Shown here in pieces: positions 8,411 to 16,456 of a DNA stretch of 25,296 nucleotides (the stretch's first letter is position 1; each line of letters begins with the position of its first letter). The notes beneath the pieces were generated by a model. The model was not told the DNA's origin and ran no database searches. It saw only the letters and a program-made list of their open reading frames with translations. A program made the translations under genes and the position numbers. This DNA comes from a virus (taxonomy: Duplodnaviria > Caudoviricetes): positions 1 to 25,296 of IMG/VR virus record IMGVR_UViG_3300046813_000016; one strand, given 5' to 3'.

Positions 8411-8588
8411 CTTGCAGTTCTCGCAGAATCTCGTTGACCCAATCCTGAGTAACGACGGTTTTGTGCTGTACAAACAGAAAGTCTACAACGTCCTGTGCTA
8501 CTGGTCCTAGATCAGCGTTGATTGTCCAGGCCCGATAGAAACCCAGTATGTACGCTCTGGCTAACAATCGAGCCGCGGCATCGCTCAT
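8400..8588 (-). CDS. Hypothetical protein
   Basis: MSDAAARLL start just after the upstream stop; AAGGTG RBS. Confidence 0.6.
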   Translation of the reverse strand: MSDAAARLLARAYILGFYRAWTINADLGPVAQDVVDFLFVQHKTVVTQDWVNEILRELQDGL

Positions 8589-8589
8589 T

Positions 8590-8817
8590 TCACACCTTCC
8601 CTGTTGCAAGGAACTCCTCGTATGGGACATGCTTGATGACCGTAAACAGTCCCTGCGACGAGTAGCCCGTAGGCCAGATCTTTATTCTTCCATGCGGAAT
8701 CAGCTTGACCATTGCTGTTCCATCAGGTGCTATACTCTCTACCTCACCCATGCGCTGGTCATTGTTACACTCCAGCCGAACTACGATTTGATCTTTCAGA
8801 CCAAAGGTGTAGATCAT
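8590..8817 (-). CDS. Hypothetical protein (small, beta-rich)
   Basis: ATGA coupling with the upstream gene. Confidence 0.6.
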   Translation of the reverse strand: MIYTFGLKDQIVVRLECNNDQRMGEVESIAPDGTAMVKLIPHGRIKIWPTGYSSQGLFTVIKHVPYEEFLATGKV

Positions 8818-9038
8818 CTGGCTTCTCTCAGTAGCTTGGTACAGTATTCAGGATCAGTAATGAACGTGATCTTCTCCATGTAGCCCTTCTCCTGTCCACG
8901 TACCAGGATATGATTGCCCTCCTCTGTAAAGAGTAGCCACCCCAGTCCTTTAATACAACCGAGATTTCGCTTGACTGTAACGCAGGTGATCTGTGGCTTC
9001 TCAGTAACGACAAGGATACTGCCCGGTGGAAATAGCAC
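8814..9038 (-). CDS. Hypothetical protein
   Basis: GTG 9038 preceded by GGAG. Confidence 0.55.
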   Translation of the reverse strand: MLFPPGSILVVTEKPQITCVTVKRNLGCIKGLGWLLFTEEGNHILVRGQEKGYMEKITFITDPEYCTKLLREAR

Positions 9039-9061
9039 TCTCTTCTCCGATCTAGGTGAAT

Positions 9062-9093
9062 TGGCAGGGGAGGGAATCGAACCCATCCTGCCA
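9062..9093 (-). ncRNA. tRNA-minihelix-like hairpin with T-loop
   Basis: UGGCAGG-AU-GGG-UUCGAUU-CCC-UCC-CCUGCCA in an intergenic gap. Confidence 0.5.
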
Positions 9094-9098
9094 GACCA

Positions 9099-9251
9099 TC
9101 ACTCGTCAGGCAAATCCCAGATTGCCTCTTCTTCAGGAACTTCCTCGTCCTCGACGCCCGGGTCTATGAATCCCCCTGTGGTCGTCTCTCCCTCGTCCAG
9201 AGGCTCGTCGTCATCTTCTGGATTGAAGGGTAACTCCTCACTGTCCTCCAC
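9099..9251 (-). CDS. Very acidic 50-aa peptide
   Basis: 23/50 residues D/E and no K/R; GTG start overlaps the end of the upstream gene. Confidence 0.55.
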   Translation of the reverse strand: MEDSEELPFNPEDDDEPLDEGETTTGGFIDPGVEDEEVPEEEAIWDLPDE

Positions 9252-10026
9252 TCTGAGCCGCCCCGAGCATAGGACTGCCTGCGATACTCGCGACTTCCAG
9301 ATAGAACTCCACGTTGGCAAGATACGCCAGCGTCTTGGTGTGGAGGGTCTCGAGGAGTCTGTGGTAGGCTTGGTACGTTGTGCTGCTTCCCCGAATCTCG
9401 GCCCGTACCTCCATCATCTCCTTGTAACTGTCCTGCGCTATGCTGAGCGCACGAGTCAACTCGTTGCGTCGAGTCTCGATGGGGCTCAGCGGCAGAGGAG
9501 CAGGTGCCGTCGGCTTGACCTCCTGTTCCCGAGGCATCGGGATGAGCTGACCGGGGTAGAATGCCTGACCCCTGCTGTTGGGTCCGTCGACCTGTGCCTG
9601 TCGAAGCTCCAGATCGTCCATGATCAGTCCGTCGAAGTGTCTGCCGAGTGCTTCATTGTTCACTCGATTGCGGGTTCTCTCACGTTCCTCCTGCTCTGCT
9701 TCCCAGAGGAAGACGCGATACTGCTGTTCGTCCATCCTCATCATGTCCATGAAGGTACGATCGCCTTCGTCCAGGGGGCGCAGATGCAGCGGGATGTTGC
9801 TGCGCATATCATCCTCGAGAAGTTCCTGTGTGATACTGAAGCCTAGGTCGTATGTCTTGACTAGGCGGGGAATGGGCTTCTTTCTCCGCAGCGCAGCGGC
9901 CATCGCAGAACTCACGCTGTAGTTGGCTGCGTGCAGCGTCTCTTTTGCTGCTTTCCTTTGTTCTGGTGTAACGGCTTCATAGGGTACAGCAAAGAGCCTT
10001 GAGGCAGCCAGCCGGTGTCGATCCAT
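9238..10026 (-). CDS. Hypothetical protein with N-terminal PolA fingers (O-helix)-like segment
   Basis: DRHRLAASRLFAVPYEAVTPEQRKAAKETLHAANY resembles the PolA motif B region; the remainder is unrelated and helical. Confidence 0.7.
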   Translation of the reverse strand: MDRHRLAASRLFAVPYEAVTPEQRKAAKETLHAANYSVSSAMAAALRRKKPIPRLVKTYDLGFSITQELLEDDMRSNIPLHLRPLDEGDRTFMDMMRMDEQQYRVFLWEAEQEERERTRNRVNNEALGRHFDGLIMDDLELRQAQVDGPNSRGQAFYPGQLIPMPREQEVKPTAPAPLPLSPIETRRNELTRALSIAQDSYKEMMEVRAEIRGSSTTYQAYHRLLETLHTKTLAYLANVEFYLEVASIAGSPMLGAAQSGGQ

Positions 10027-10044
10027 ATTACCCCGAGTAATTAG
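10024..10044. repeat. Palindrome variant CATATTAC-CCCGA-GTAATTAG (site 2)
   Basis: Spans the stop of 10041..10310 and the start of 9238..10026. Confidence 0.85.
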
Positions 10045-10310
10045 TGTCCGATGCGACTCAGATGGTAGACCAGCTCCTTGCTCATGTTCCTGTAGGCATT
10101 GGCGAGGAGCTGATGAATGCCTGCTACCTCCTGCATCAGATTGATCTTTGAAGCTTCCATCATGTTCAGATCAGCAAGCTGATGCCGCTTGACCTGCAAG
10201 TCAGCTGTCAGCTTGATAATCTCCTTTGCTCGTTCCTTCACCGTGGCGGGCCAGTCACACTCGGCACTCTCGATGAAGGCGATGGTGAGCTGGCGCCGCT
10301 CCGGCTTCAT
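10041..10310 (-). CDS. Hypothetical coiled-coil protein
   Basis: TGATG coupling; helical heptad pattern. Confidence 0.65.
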   Translation of the reverse strand: MKPERRQLTIAFIESAECDWPATVKERAKEIIKLTADLQVKRHQLADLNMMEASKINLMQEVAGIHQLLANAYRNMSKELVYHLSRIGH

Positions 10311-10705
10311 CAGCCTGCTACGTCCGTGAGGTCCGGCCGCATGAGCTCCAGATCAGGACCATCCTCCTTGACCTGCTGGCGCGTCGGGCGAGGCTGCGGT
10401 GGGCTGAAGTCGACGGTGTACTGCAGATCGACCGTCACGACCCAGACACCCGGTGTTGCCTTGGTCGGATCGGCCTTCGTAGCCTTCGACTCGGCCGCAT
10501 CATATCCCAGAACATACACGCCAGTCTGCTCGGCGAAATCGCAGGTCTGGCGATAGGCGTTCGGGATCGTAGTCGGAACAACGGTCAGATTCACTACATC
10601 GAAGCCACTGCACTCCTGACTTCCGATGAGCAAGCCGGCTGCTTCTACCACGTCGCCAGTAATGACAGTGGTGCTGACTCGCTTCTGCATCATGATGACT
10701 TTCAC
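10310..10705 (-). CDS. Hypothetical protein
   Basis: AAGGAG RBS and GTGA coupling. Confidence 0.65.
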   Translation of the reverse strand: MKVIMMQKRVSTTVITGDVVEAAGLLIGSQECSGFDVVNLTVVPTTIPNAYRQTCDFAEQTGVYVLGYDAAESKATKADPTKATPGVWVVTVDLQYTVDFSPPQPRPTRQQVKEDGPDLELMRPDLTDVAG

Positions 10706-10917
10706 GGCATCTCCTTAATGTTCTGACGGTTGAGCGGAATGAGTGCGTTGCAGATATGCGGTCCATCTACGGCATCCACCACTAGGATGCCAGCTTGCCC
10801 TCCTCTGTTCCAAACGGTGATATGCCAGTGTCTCGGATTCTGCTTGACCCGAAGCGAGGTAATGATCGTTCTGGCAGTAGAGTGATCCTTCTTGTCCGTG
10901 ATCGTCAGCTCAGCCAT
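10702..10917 (-). CDS. Hypothetical protein
   Basis: MAELTITD start overlaps the upstream stop region. Confidence 0.6.
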   Translation of the reverse strand: MAELTITDKKDHSTARTIITSLRVKQNPRHWHITVWNRGGQAGILVVDAVDGPHICNALIPLNRQNIKEMP

Positions 10918-11213
10918 GCCTGTACCCGCTCGGCTGAACCCCACGCTTCCGAGGGCATGTTGTTGTAGCACCAACTGACGATAGCGCAGATCGTGTGCTG
11001 GTTGTAGAGGTCGGCCTGTCCCACAGCCCCACTGAGGTTATTCTCCAGCACGGCCCGCAGGAAGCTGCCCGGTTGGATGCGATTATCTCTGTATCGCTCC
11101 AGCCCCTCCAGCATGTTCGGTCTGATGATTCGCTGAGTCGGTGGATCATGGACGAGTATCCGAGTGATTGACTCAACGTATTCCTCGGTCTGCTCCGCTT
11201 CTTTATTCCCCAT
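10905..11213 (-). CDS. Hypothetical phage protein
   Basis: PGSFLRAVLENNL..AD..N..WGS..V..W pattern recalled from small phage proteins. Confidence 0.7.
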   Translation of the reverse strand: MGNKEAEQTEEYVESITRILVHDPPTQRIIRPNMLEGLERYRDNRIQPGSFLRAVLENNLSGAVGQADLYNQHTICAIVSWCYNNMPSEAWGSAERVQAWLS

Positions 11214-12036
11214 CAGCTTCTTCGGCCTCCTCAGCCGTTGTCAGGTCTTTCCCCTGTGCAGTCATCTCCGCTTCCGACGGCAGATGGTAGAGATGCTCAG
11301 GGTCAACGTTCGGGTCTACCTCCCGAAGCAGTCCGGTCAGAACCTTCGCCAGCTGTCGCTCCCACGCCAGTTCCACTGAGATGTCCTGCTCCTCAGCAAT
11401 GGTAAGTGCTGCCTTGTGCAGGTCCTCGATCTTCACCGCTGTCATCAGCCGACTCAGGACCGCGCCGCAACTGTCAAGCGGAATCCGATAGCCACGCTGA
11501 TAGAACTTCAGCACCCGAAGGAACGAACCACCAGCATCCTCGTTGCGCTCCGGACTGGTGTAGACGAGTCGCTTCGCTGCCAGATCGGCATAGAAGTCAG
11601 GATCGCAGATGCCGACATACTGCTTTGGCACTGAGCCACTAATGACCGGAGCACCGAGGATCGAAAAATTGACTTCTGGTTGGAACCAGATAGCAGCCAT
11701 CGCTATCGTAAAGTCGAAGCTCTCGAGGATTTCTTCTGGCTTCTTGTAGGTCCAGCGATGAATGAACTGGACCGTTGATCGCTGCATCTTGCAGGTGAAA
11801 GCGTTGTCCGTTTCGTAGGGCTTCTTGCACAGCATCTTCGCCCACTCCTCGGCCTTCTCCCTGCTTGGTGCGAAGCAGTCAACATCGTTGATCGGCTCGT
11901 TCGCCACACAAGCACGAACGTAGCCTCCCGCCACGACCAGCTCAGGACCAACCTTGAGCATGATATGACGGAGTGTTTTCGGCAGTCGTCGGACCGCCCA
12001 GAGCAGGTCTTGCTGTCTGAGGTTCATGTAGGTCAT
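11203..12036 (-). CDS. Nucleotidyltransferase, poly(A) polymerase/CCA-adding head-domain-like
   Basis: VAGGYVR..INDVD (GG..DxD), SFDFT and RVLKFYQRGY; start ATG 12036 is TGATG-coupled. Confidence 0.8.
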   Translation of the reverse strand: MTYMNLRQQDLLWAVRRLPKTLRHIMLKVGPELVVAGGYVRACVANEPINDVDCFAPSREKAEEWAKMLCKKPYETDNAFTCKMQRSTVQFIHRWTYKKPEEILESFDFTIAMAAIWFQPEVNFSILGAPVISGSVPKQYVGICDPDFYADLAAKRLVYTSPERNEDAGGSFLRVLKFYQRGYRIPLDSCGAVLSRLMTAVKIEDLHKAALTIAEEQDISVELAWERQLAKVLTGLLREVDPNVDPEHLYHLPSEAEMTAQGKDLTTAEEAEEADGE

Positions 12037-12167
12037 CAGAACATTCTCCACGCGATGAGGATGAGTGCTAGTACTGTGCAGAAGCAAATCAGGAAATCAC
12101 GAACATCTCGCACCCGAGCCCTGCGACGGAGAATCTCCTCGGGTAGTCTGTCCTCGGGACTGCTCAT
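12036..12167 (-). CDS. Small membrane protein
   Basis: C-terminal TM segment FLICFCTVLALILIAW; coupled on both sides. Confidence 0.6.
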   Translation of the reverse strand: MSSPEDRLPEEILRRRARVRDVRDFLICFCTVLALILIAWRMF

Positions 12168-12676
12168 TTGTCCATCCCGAGCAGGTTCATGGACTGACGA
12201 ACGAGGCAGGACTGTTCCCAAAGCTCTGCCTCACCGCCCATGCAGGCACGACAGTAGGCCAGCTCTCCCTCGCCAATGATCTCAACATCCACATGACTGT
12301 CGCGATTGGACTTTCTCTTGGCAGTCAGCTCTTCTTCAATCTCCGAGAAGAGTTCTGCCTTTGCATCCTCATATCGAGGACCGGCGAGGAGCAGCACACC
12401 CAGCGGTTCACGAAGGGCCGCTCCGCTGAACTGCATTGGGGCAGTCAGCTGCACATAGCCCTGAATGACCGGAACGACCTTGACACGGCTCAGGCCAAGA
12501 GCGATAGTGACCATGAAGCTCTGATTGGCGCGCTCCAGGGCATCATCCTCGGTACGCCCCAACATCCAGCGACTACCGATGTAGAGCTCGTCGCCATCCT
12601 TGGTCTTGTAGAGCATGGTGTAGAATATCTTGCCCTCGGTGAGCTCGTCCACCTGGACAGTATCGAGGTCAGCCAT
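12164..12676 (-). CDS. Hypothetical protein
   Basis: GGGAG RBS; operon position. Confidence 0.7.
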   Translation of the reverse strand: MADLDTVQVDELTEGKIFYTMLYKTKDGDELYIGSRWMLGRTEDDALERANQSFMVTIALGLSRVKVVPVIQGYVQLTAPMQFSGAALREPLGVLLLAGPRYEDAKAELFSEIEEELTAKRKSNRDSHVDVEIIGEGELAYCRACMGGEAELWEQSCLVRQSMNLLGMDK

Positions 12677-13034
12677 TGACTCCCTCAGTTTCTGCGGCGA
12701 TCATCAGCCGGTCGAGTAGGTTGAAGAATGGTTGAAGCTGCTTCCTGCTCAACCAGTAGATTGCTACGCCAACTGATCCGTCGTTCTGCACCATCCAGTC
12801 CATCATCCTGACTGCTTGTAGCTGTGCGGGCATCACAGGGAACAGCTCGGCGGGGCAACCTCTGCGGCGCACACGCCAGCCTTCGGCTGCGGGGCTGACA
12901 TGGTACTGCTCGCTGATGAACTGCAGCTCCCTCGCCTTGTAGAAGGGTGATCGGCCCTCGCTAATTCCCTCGATCTGAGACTGGTATTCTTCCTTGAAGG
13001 GTTCACCAGTGTAGGAATCGAAGACTTCAGCCAT
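12669..13034 (-). CDS. Hypothetical protein
   Basis: GGAGG RBS before MAEVFDSY. Confidence 0.7.
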   Translation of the reverse strand: MAEVFDSYTGEPFKEEYQSQIEGISEGRSPFYKARELQFISEQYHVSPAAEGWRVRRRGCPAELFPVMPAQLQAVRMMDWMVQNDGSVGVAIYWLSRKQLQPFFNLLDRLMIAAETEGVNG

Positions 13035-13221
13035 TGGCTTTCCTCCGCAGTCGAGCGCAATCAAGACTGTGAACGGTCCAAACCTCCATCGGATTGGAAG
13101 CTTCGCCCATAGTGCAGGTCTGGCACAGTCCAAGCGCGGGAATAATCTGCGCGATCTGTTCGCAGATCATACACTTGGCGAGCTTGGACTTTTGGTAGTC
13201 CTGGCAGCAGGGCTCAGCCAT
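13027..13221 (-). CDS. Small Cys-rich protein
   Basis: CC, CMIC and CQTC motifs. Confidence 0.55.
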   Translation of the reverse strand: MAEPCCQDYQKSKLAKCMICEQIAQIIPALGLCQTCTMGEASNPMEVWTVHSLDCARLRRKANG

Positions 13222-13477
13222 CGGACTCAGGAATGGAATAGTCAGTGACTGGAGTCTTCTCACCCATCCACGCACCCCAGAATGGCTTGGAAGCATAGCG
13301 GGTGATTGTCTCGGTACCACAGCTGTCACACTTGAACTTGTCGGCCTGAAAGGCCTGATATGGAACCTGTGTAGGCGGCTGGTCTACAATCCGCCGGGTA
13401 GCGTTGAACATCACGCTGACTCCGAACTGGACTGGCCTCAGCTTGCGATTGCAGGTCACGCAGACGGGTACCGGCAT
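13214..13477 (-). CDS. Zinc-ribbon protein
   Basis: CVTC...ADKFKCDSCG. Confidence 0.7.
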   Translation of the reverse strand: MPVPVCVTCNRKLRPVQFGVSVMFNATRRIVDQPPTQVPYQAFQADKFKCDSCGTETITRYASKPFWGAWMGEKTPVTDYSIPESDG

Positions 13478-13851
13478 CAGCTAATTGCCTCCAGGATGCG
13501 CCGAAGAACTACATCGGCACGAGCCTGCTTTCGGGGCCACTCGACCATGACCGTCCGAGCCTGGTTGTCGCGAATGGTCTCGTCGAAGAACTCCAGAACA
13601 CGTGCGCTCTCGCCCATCACCGTGCTGTAGACTTCCGTGACCTTGTTCATGGCGTAGATAATCTCATCTACTCCACAGGCAGGATCACGATTGAAACGCT
13701 CACGTGAGAGCCAGCCCGCTACGCAGTAGCAGTCCGTCTCCCTGTCGTACATGGTACCAGCCTGAAAGAACTCAGGATAGTCCCCGTCATCGAGCAGCTT
13801 TTGGATGTCTCTCCGAACCTGCTCCCGATTGATGGTGCTGAGATCAAGCAT
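13477..13851 (-). CDS. Hypothetical protein
   Basis: GAGG RBS; TGATG coupling; CYCVAGW. Confidence 0.65.
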   Translation of the reverse strand: MLDLSTINREQVRRDIQKLLDDGDYPEFFQAGTMYDRETDCYCVAGWLSRERFNRDPACGVDEIIYAMNKVTEVYSTVMGESARVLEFFDETIRDNQARTVMVEWPRKQARADVVLRRILEAIS

Positions 13852-14081
13852 CAGAGCATCCTCGCGAGCTTCTTCACCTGAGCGATCCGGTGATTGTAGT
13901 CGTTCCGGTGTCTGCGGTGGGGCTTGTCCACTACCGTGATCAGCTGCTGCTTGACCTTTTCGAGCTTCAAGCCGCGAGGACTCTTGCACTTCTTCCTCAC
14001 GAGCTTGGGCTTCTTGGAGGCGGGGACAGGCTGCTTCTCCTTTCCCTTCTCCGGCTTGGCCTGCTTGTCCTTTCTTCCCAT
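13851..14081 (-). CDS. Small basic protein
   Basis: GGAG RBS; K/R-rich. Confidence 0.6.
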   Translation of the reverse strand: MGRKDKQAKPEKGKEKQPVPASKKPKLVRKKCKSPRGLKLEKVKQQLITVVDKPHRRHRNDYNHRIAQVKKLARML

Positions 14082-14107
14082 GATGATCTCCAGTTGATGG
14101 TGCGGGA

Positions 14108-14128
14108 CTAATTACCCTATGTAATTAG
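14108..14128. repeat. Palindrome CTAATTAC-CCTAT-GTAATTAG (site 3)
   Basis: Perfect arms; includes the stop codon of 14125..14664. Confidence 0.9.
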
Positions 14129-14664
14129 CGACGGATGTAGCCTGCAGGGGTCAGATTGATGCAGCGACAAACCTCGTCAGCGCTGGTCTCGAACAGCGTA
14201 GCGATGAAGAATGCCTGAGCGTGTGTGGCAGTCAGGCCATGCCGACGGACTGCTCGATCGACAGCAAAGAACAGTTCAGTGGATGGCTGGTACTCCAGCA
14301 TGAGGTCACTGGAATGATTGTCCCAGAGCGCGTCATAGGGAGTCGAATAGTCATCCCAGTAAGACTCTGAGTAGCGATCGTCGTCGATCCAGTCGTCACG
14401 ATAGCTACCCCACTTGTGCTCGTCGCCCGGATTCCAGCCCTCCCAGTCCTCTTCCTTCTGCCAGCGATCCCACTCCATCTGGTAGTCGCGCAGCAGATCG
14501 AAGTCAGCCCTGAGTTCATCGCCGCTGTTGTAGCTGAGTACAGCTTCTCGGAAGCGGTCAGCGTCGCGTTGTGCTCGCCTGCGTCCCTTCATGAGGAGAT
14601 GCTTGCGGAAGCGACACCTCTTGTGTCCTCCGCCAGATGCACCATCCTTCTTGGAGCGTGCCAT
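14125..14664 (-). CDS. Hypothetical protein (basic N-terminus, D/W/Y-rich centre)
   Basis: AGGAGG RBS. Confidence 0.7.
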   Translation of the reverse strand: MARSKKDGASGGGHKRCRFRKHLLMKGRRRAQRDADRFREAVLSYNSGDELRADFDLLRDYQMEWDRWQKEEDWEGWNPGDEHKWGSYRDDWIDDDRYSESYWDDYSTPYDALWDNHSSDLMLEYQPSTELFFAVDRAVRRHGLTATHAQAFFIATLFETSADEVCRCINLTPAGYIRR

Positions 14665-14672
14665 CCTACCTC

Positions 14673-15119
14673 CTACTTGTCGAGGGTGCCGTCACGCCTG
14701 AATACGTGGACGGTCTTCCGTAGCTTTCTCGCCCGCCGCACTGTTGCCCATGTTCCAGACCGGACAATCTCGTCATCCTGCAGTGGTGTTGCCAGCAGCA
14801 CGTCTGAGTACTGAACCATCGTCAGATCACGCTGGAGTGGAGCTTCTTCCGGCCAGATCATAGCGACCCGCTCGATCTGCTTCAGCTGGCGCAGTCTGTT
14901 AGTGAAGCGATCGTCGCTGGGATGAACATGAATCAGCTGGATCATCTCCATGTCGATGCAGACGTTGTGGAAGTCTACGTCGGCTCCCATGCAGGCACCA
15001 TGATGCAGCTGACGAATGCCTGTTTCATGCTCCATCAGCCAGAGTCCGACTGCCTTCCTCTGAGCCTCGGTCATTCCCACTCTCGTGCCGGTGAAGGCTG
15101 TGTGGATTCGAGTATTCAT
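14673..15119 (-). CDS. SLOG-superfamily (YspA/DprA-like Rossmann fold) protein
   Basis: FTGTRVGMT, HHGACMGAD, RDLTMVQYSDVL and SGTWATVRRA motifs. Confidence 0.78.
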   Translation of the reverse strand: MNTRIHTAFTGTRVGMTEAQRKAVGLWLMEHETGIRQLHHGACMGADVDFHNVCIDMEMIQLIHVHPSDDRFTNRLRQLKQIERVAMIWPEEAPLQRDLTMVQYSDVLLATPLQDDEIVRSGTWATVRRARKLRKTVHVFRRDGTLDK

Positions 15120-15343
15120 TCGCCTGGCTCGTTGACCATCCTGACAGTCGTCTTGTCGACTACCAGAACAGAAGTGGTCTCCCGATTGAGCCGGCAGATA
15201 CGCAGTGCTGTCACTCCATTGACGTGAACGTAGAGGACGCCACGCTTCATATCCAGCTCGACTACGACATCATCGGGCTGCGTGATGTCGATCTGCGGAA
15301 GTTCCAGATGGACGCTGGCTCGAGGGATGATTGTCTTAGGCAT
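15116..15343 (-). CDS. Hypothetical protein
   Basis: GGAGG RBS; coupled. Confidence 0.65.
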   Translation of the reverse strand: MPKTIIPRASVHLELPQIDITQPDDVVVELDMKRGVLYVHVNGVTALRICRLNRETTSVLVVDKTTVRMVNEPGE

Positions 15344-15582
15344 CAGTCCTCCTCCTCCCCGAACGTCTCATCCCACGCCTTGCTGACGATTCCGGTCATG
15401 AGGAGTTCCCGCTGATCTGGCAGCAGGTAGGGAAATGCCTTCTGGATGAGTTCTCCCTGCCGCCATCTGTCGTAGGCAGCACCATCGACTTCCAGCGTCC
15501 AGTTCTCACCTGAGATTGGACAGCTACCTGTTACAGTAGCCATCCCGTCTCGGTGTCGCTTGATTGTGTGGACTGAGGGCAT
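15343..15582 (-). CDS. Hypothetical phage protein
   Basis: GELIQKAFPYL.PDQRELLMTGI..AWD pattern recalled from small phage proteins. Confidence 0.7.
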   Translation of the reverse strand: MPSVHTIKRHRDGMATVTGSCPISGENWTLEVDGAAYDRWRQGELIQKAFPYLLPDQRELLMTGIVSKAWDETFGEEED

Positions 15583-15770
15583 CAGCGCTGCTCCGACTTG
15601 TAGGGTTCGAGGCATGTGTCTGCGCAGGTCTTGCAGACGTTGAACACACCGTAGGGAGTTTTCACCTCGGTGAGTTCACTGACAAACCCGTATTGGTGAG
15701 GGGCAGGCTTGAGCTGGGCACTTGCCAGATCGAAGTGGCTGCCGTTCTCACACTGGCAGCGACCCTTCAT
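15582..15770 (-). CDS. Small Cys/His-rich protein
   Basis: CQCE..H and CKTC; coupled. Confidence 0.6.
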   Translation of the reverse strand: MKGRCQCENGSHFDLASAQLKPAPHQYGFVSELTEVKTPYGVFNVCKTCADTCLEPYKSEQR

Positions 15771-15868
15771 TCGGGAAGCAGCGTCACGACTGCGAGCAGA
15801 GTGAACGTCACTGCTACGAGCAGCAGGCTGCAGACGAGGAGGAGGTCACGCTTGGGGGAGGGATTCAT
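15767..15868 (-). CDS. Small membrane peptide (33 aa)
   Basis: AAGGA RBS; single TM segment. Confidence 0.55.
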   Translation of the reverse strand: MNPSPKRDLLLVCSLLLVAVTFTLLAVVTLLPE

Positions 15869-16059
15869 GATTTCCTTGGTGAGGTGTCTGTATTGACGGA
15901 CAGGAGCTTGCGGGTGATTCTGCCCGTCTGCGATTCCAGCACAGAGAGGGCGTTGAGGTCGATGGACTCGCTGCTGTTCCACGTCTCAGCCAGTCTGATT
16001 GCAGCCTTGGTGATGGCCCTAACGGAGTCAGTGAGTGCCTGCTTTTCGTCGCCACTCAC
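15865..16059 (-). CDS. Hypothetical protein
   Basis: GTGA and ATGA coupling. Confidence 0.55.
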   Translation of the reverse strand: MSGDEKQALTDSVRAITKAAIRLAETWNSSESIDLNALSVLESQTGRITRKLLSVNTDTSPRKS

Positions 16060-16211
16060 GACACGATCTCCGGAATGGGGTGATACTGCTTGCCGCTGAA
16101 GATGACACGAAGGGTAGACATTTCCTTGCTGACGATCGGGCCAGGGATTGGATTGACGCTATCCAGTCGTGCGAGAGACTGGCCCAGCATGATTGCCTGA
16201 AAGAGGTTCAT
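16056..16211 (-). CDS. Hypothetical protein (51 aa)
   Basis: Manual translation MNLFQAIMLG...; GGAG RBS; follows palindrome site 4. Confidence 0.55.
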   Translation of the reverse strand: MNLFQAIMLGQSLARLDSVNPIPGPIVSKEMSTLRVIFSGKQYHPIPEIVS

Positions 16212-16236
16212 GTGATCTCCAGGGTTGGTGCATGAC

Positions 16237-16257
16237 CTAATTACCTTGTGTAATTAG
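16237..16257. repeat. Palindrome CTAATTAC-CTTGT-GTAATTAG (site 4)
   Basis: Perfect arms, extendable to 9 bp; intergenic. Confidence 0.9.
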
Positions 16258-16266
16258 GGATTGTGT

Positions 16267-16455
16267 TCACTTCTCGATCGACTTCGCCATGAGCCGCGCC
16301 GTGCCTACCGCATCGGCGAGGTCATTGGTGTAGTATGCGGTATCCTCGTTGCCACCTACGAAGTTCACCCGAAACTCTCCATCCTTGCGAACGAGAGTGC
16401 ATCCGACGAGCTTGGCCTGATGCTGGGCCTCGTTATACGTCAGGGTATCGGCCAT
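16267..16455 (-). CDS. Hypothetical phage protein
   Basis: GEFRVNF..AYYTNDLADAVGTA. Confidence 0.65.
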   Translation of the reverse strand: MADTLTYNEAQHQAKLVGCTLVRKDGEFRVNFVGGNEDTAYYTNDLADAVGTARLMAKSIEK

Positions 16456-16456
16456 A

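Noticed and set aside
9040-9140. Full tRNA gene around GGTTCGATTCC
   Set aside because: No D arm or anticodon arm; the upstream sequence encodes the acidic peptide. Kept only as a minihelix-like hairpin.
8914-9846. 310-aa plus-strand ORF
   Set aside because: Antisense shadow of coupled minus-strand genes; Ser-rich with no recognisable motifs.
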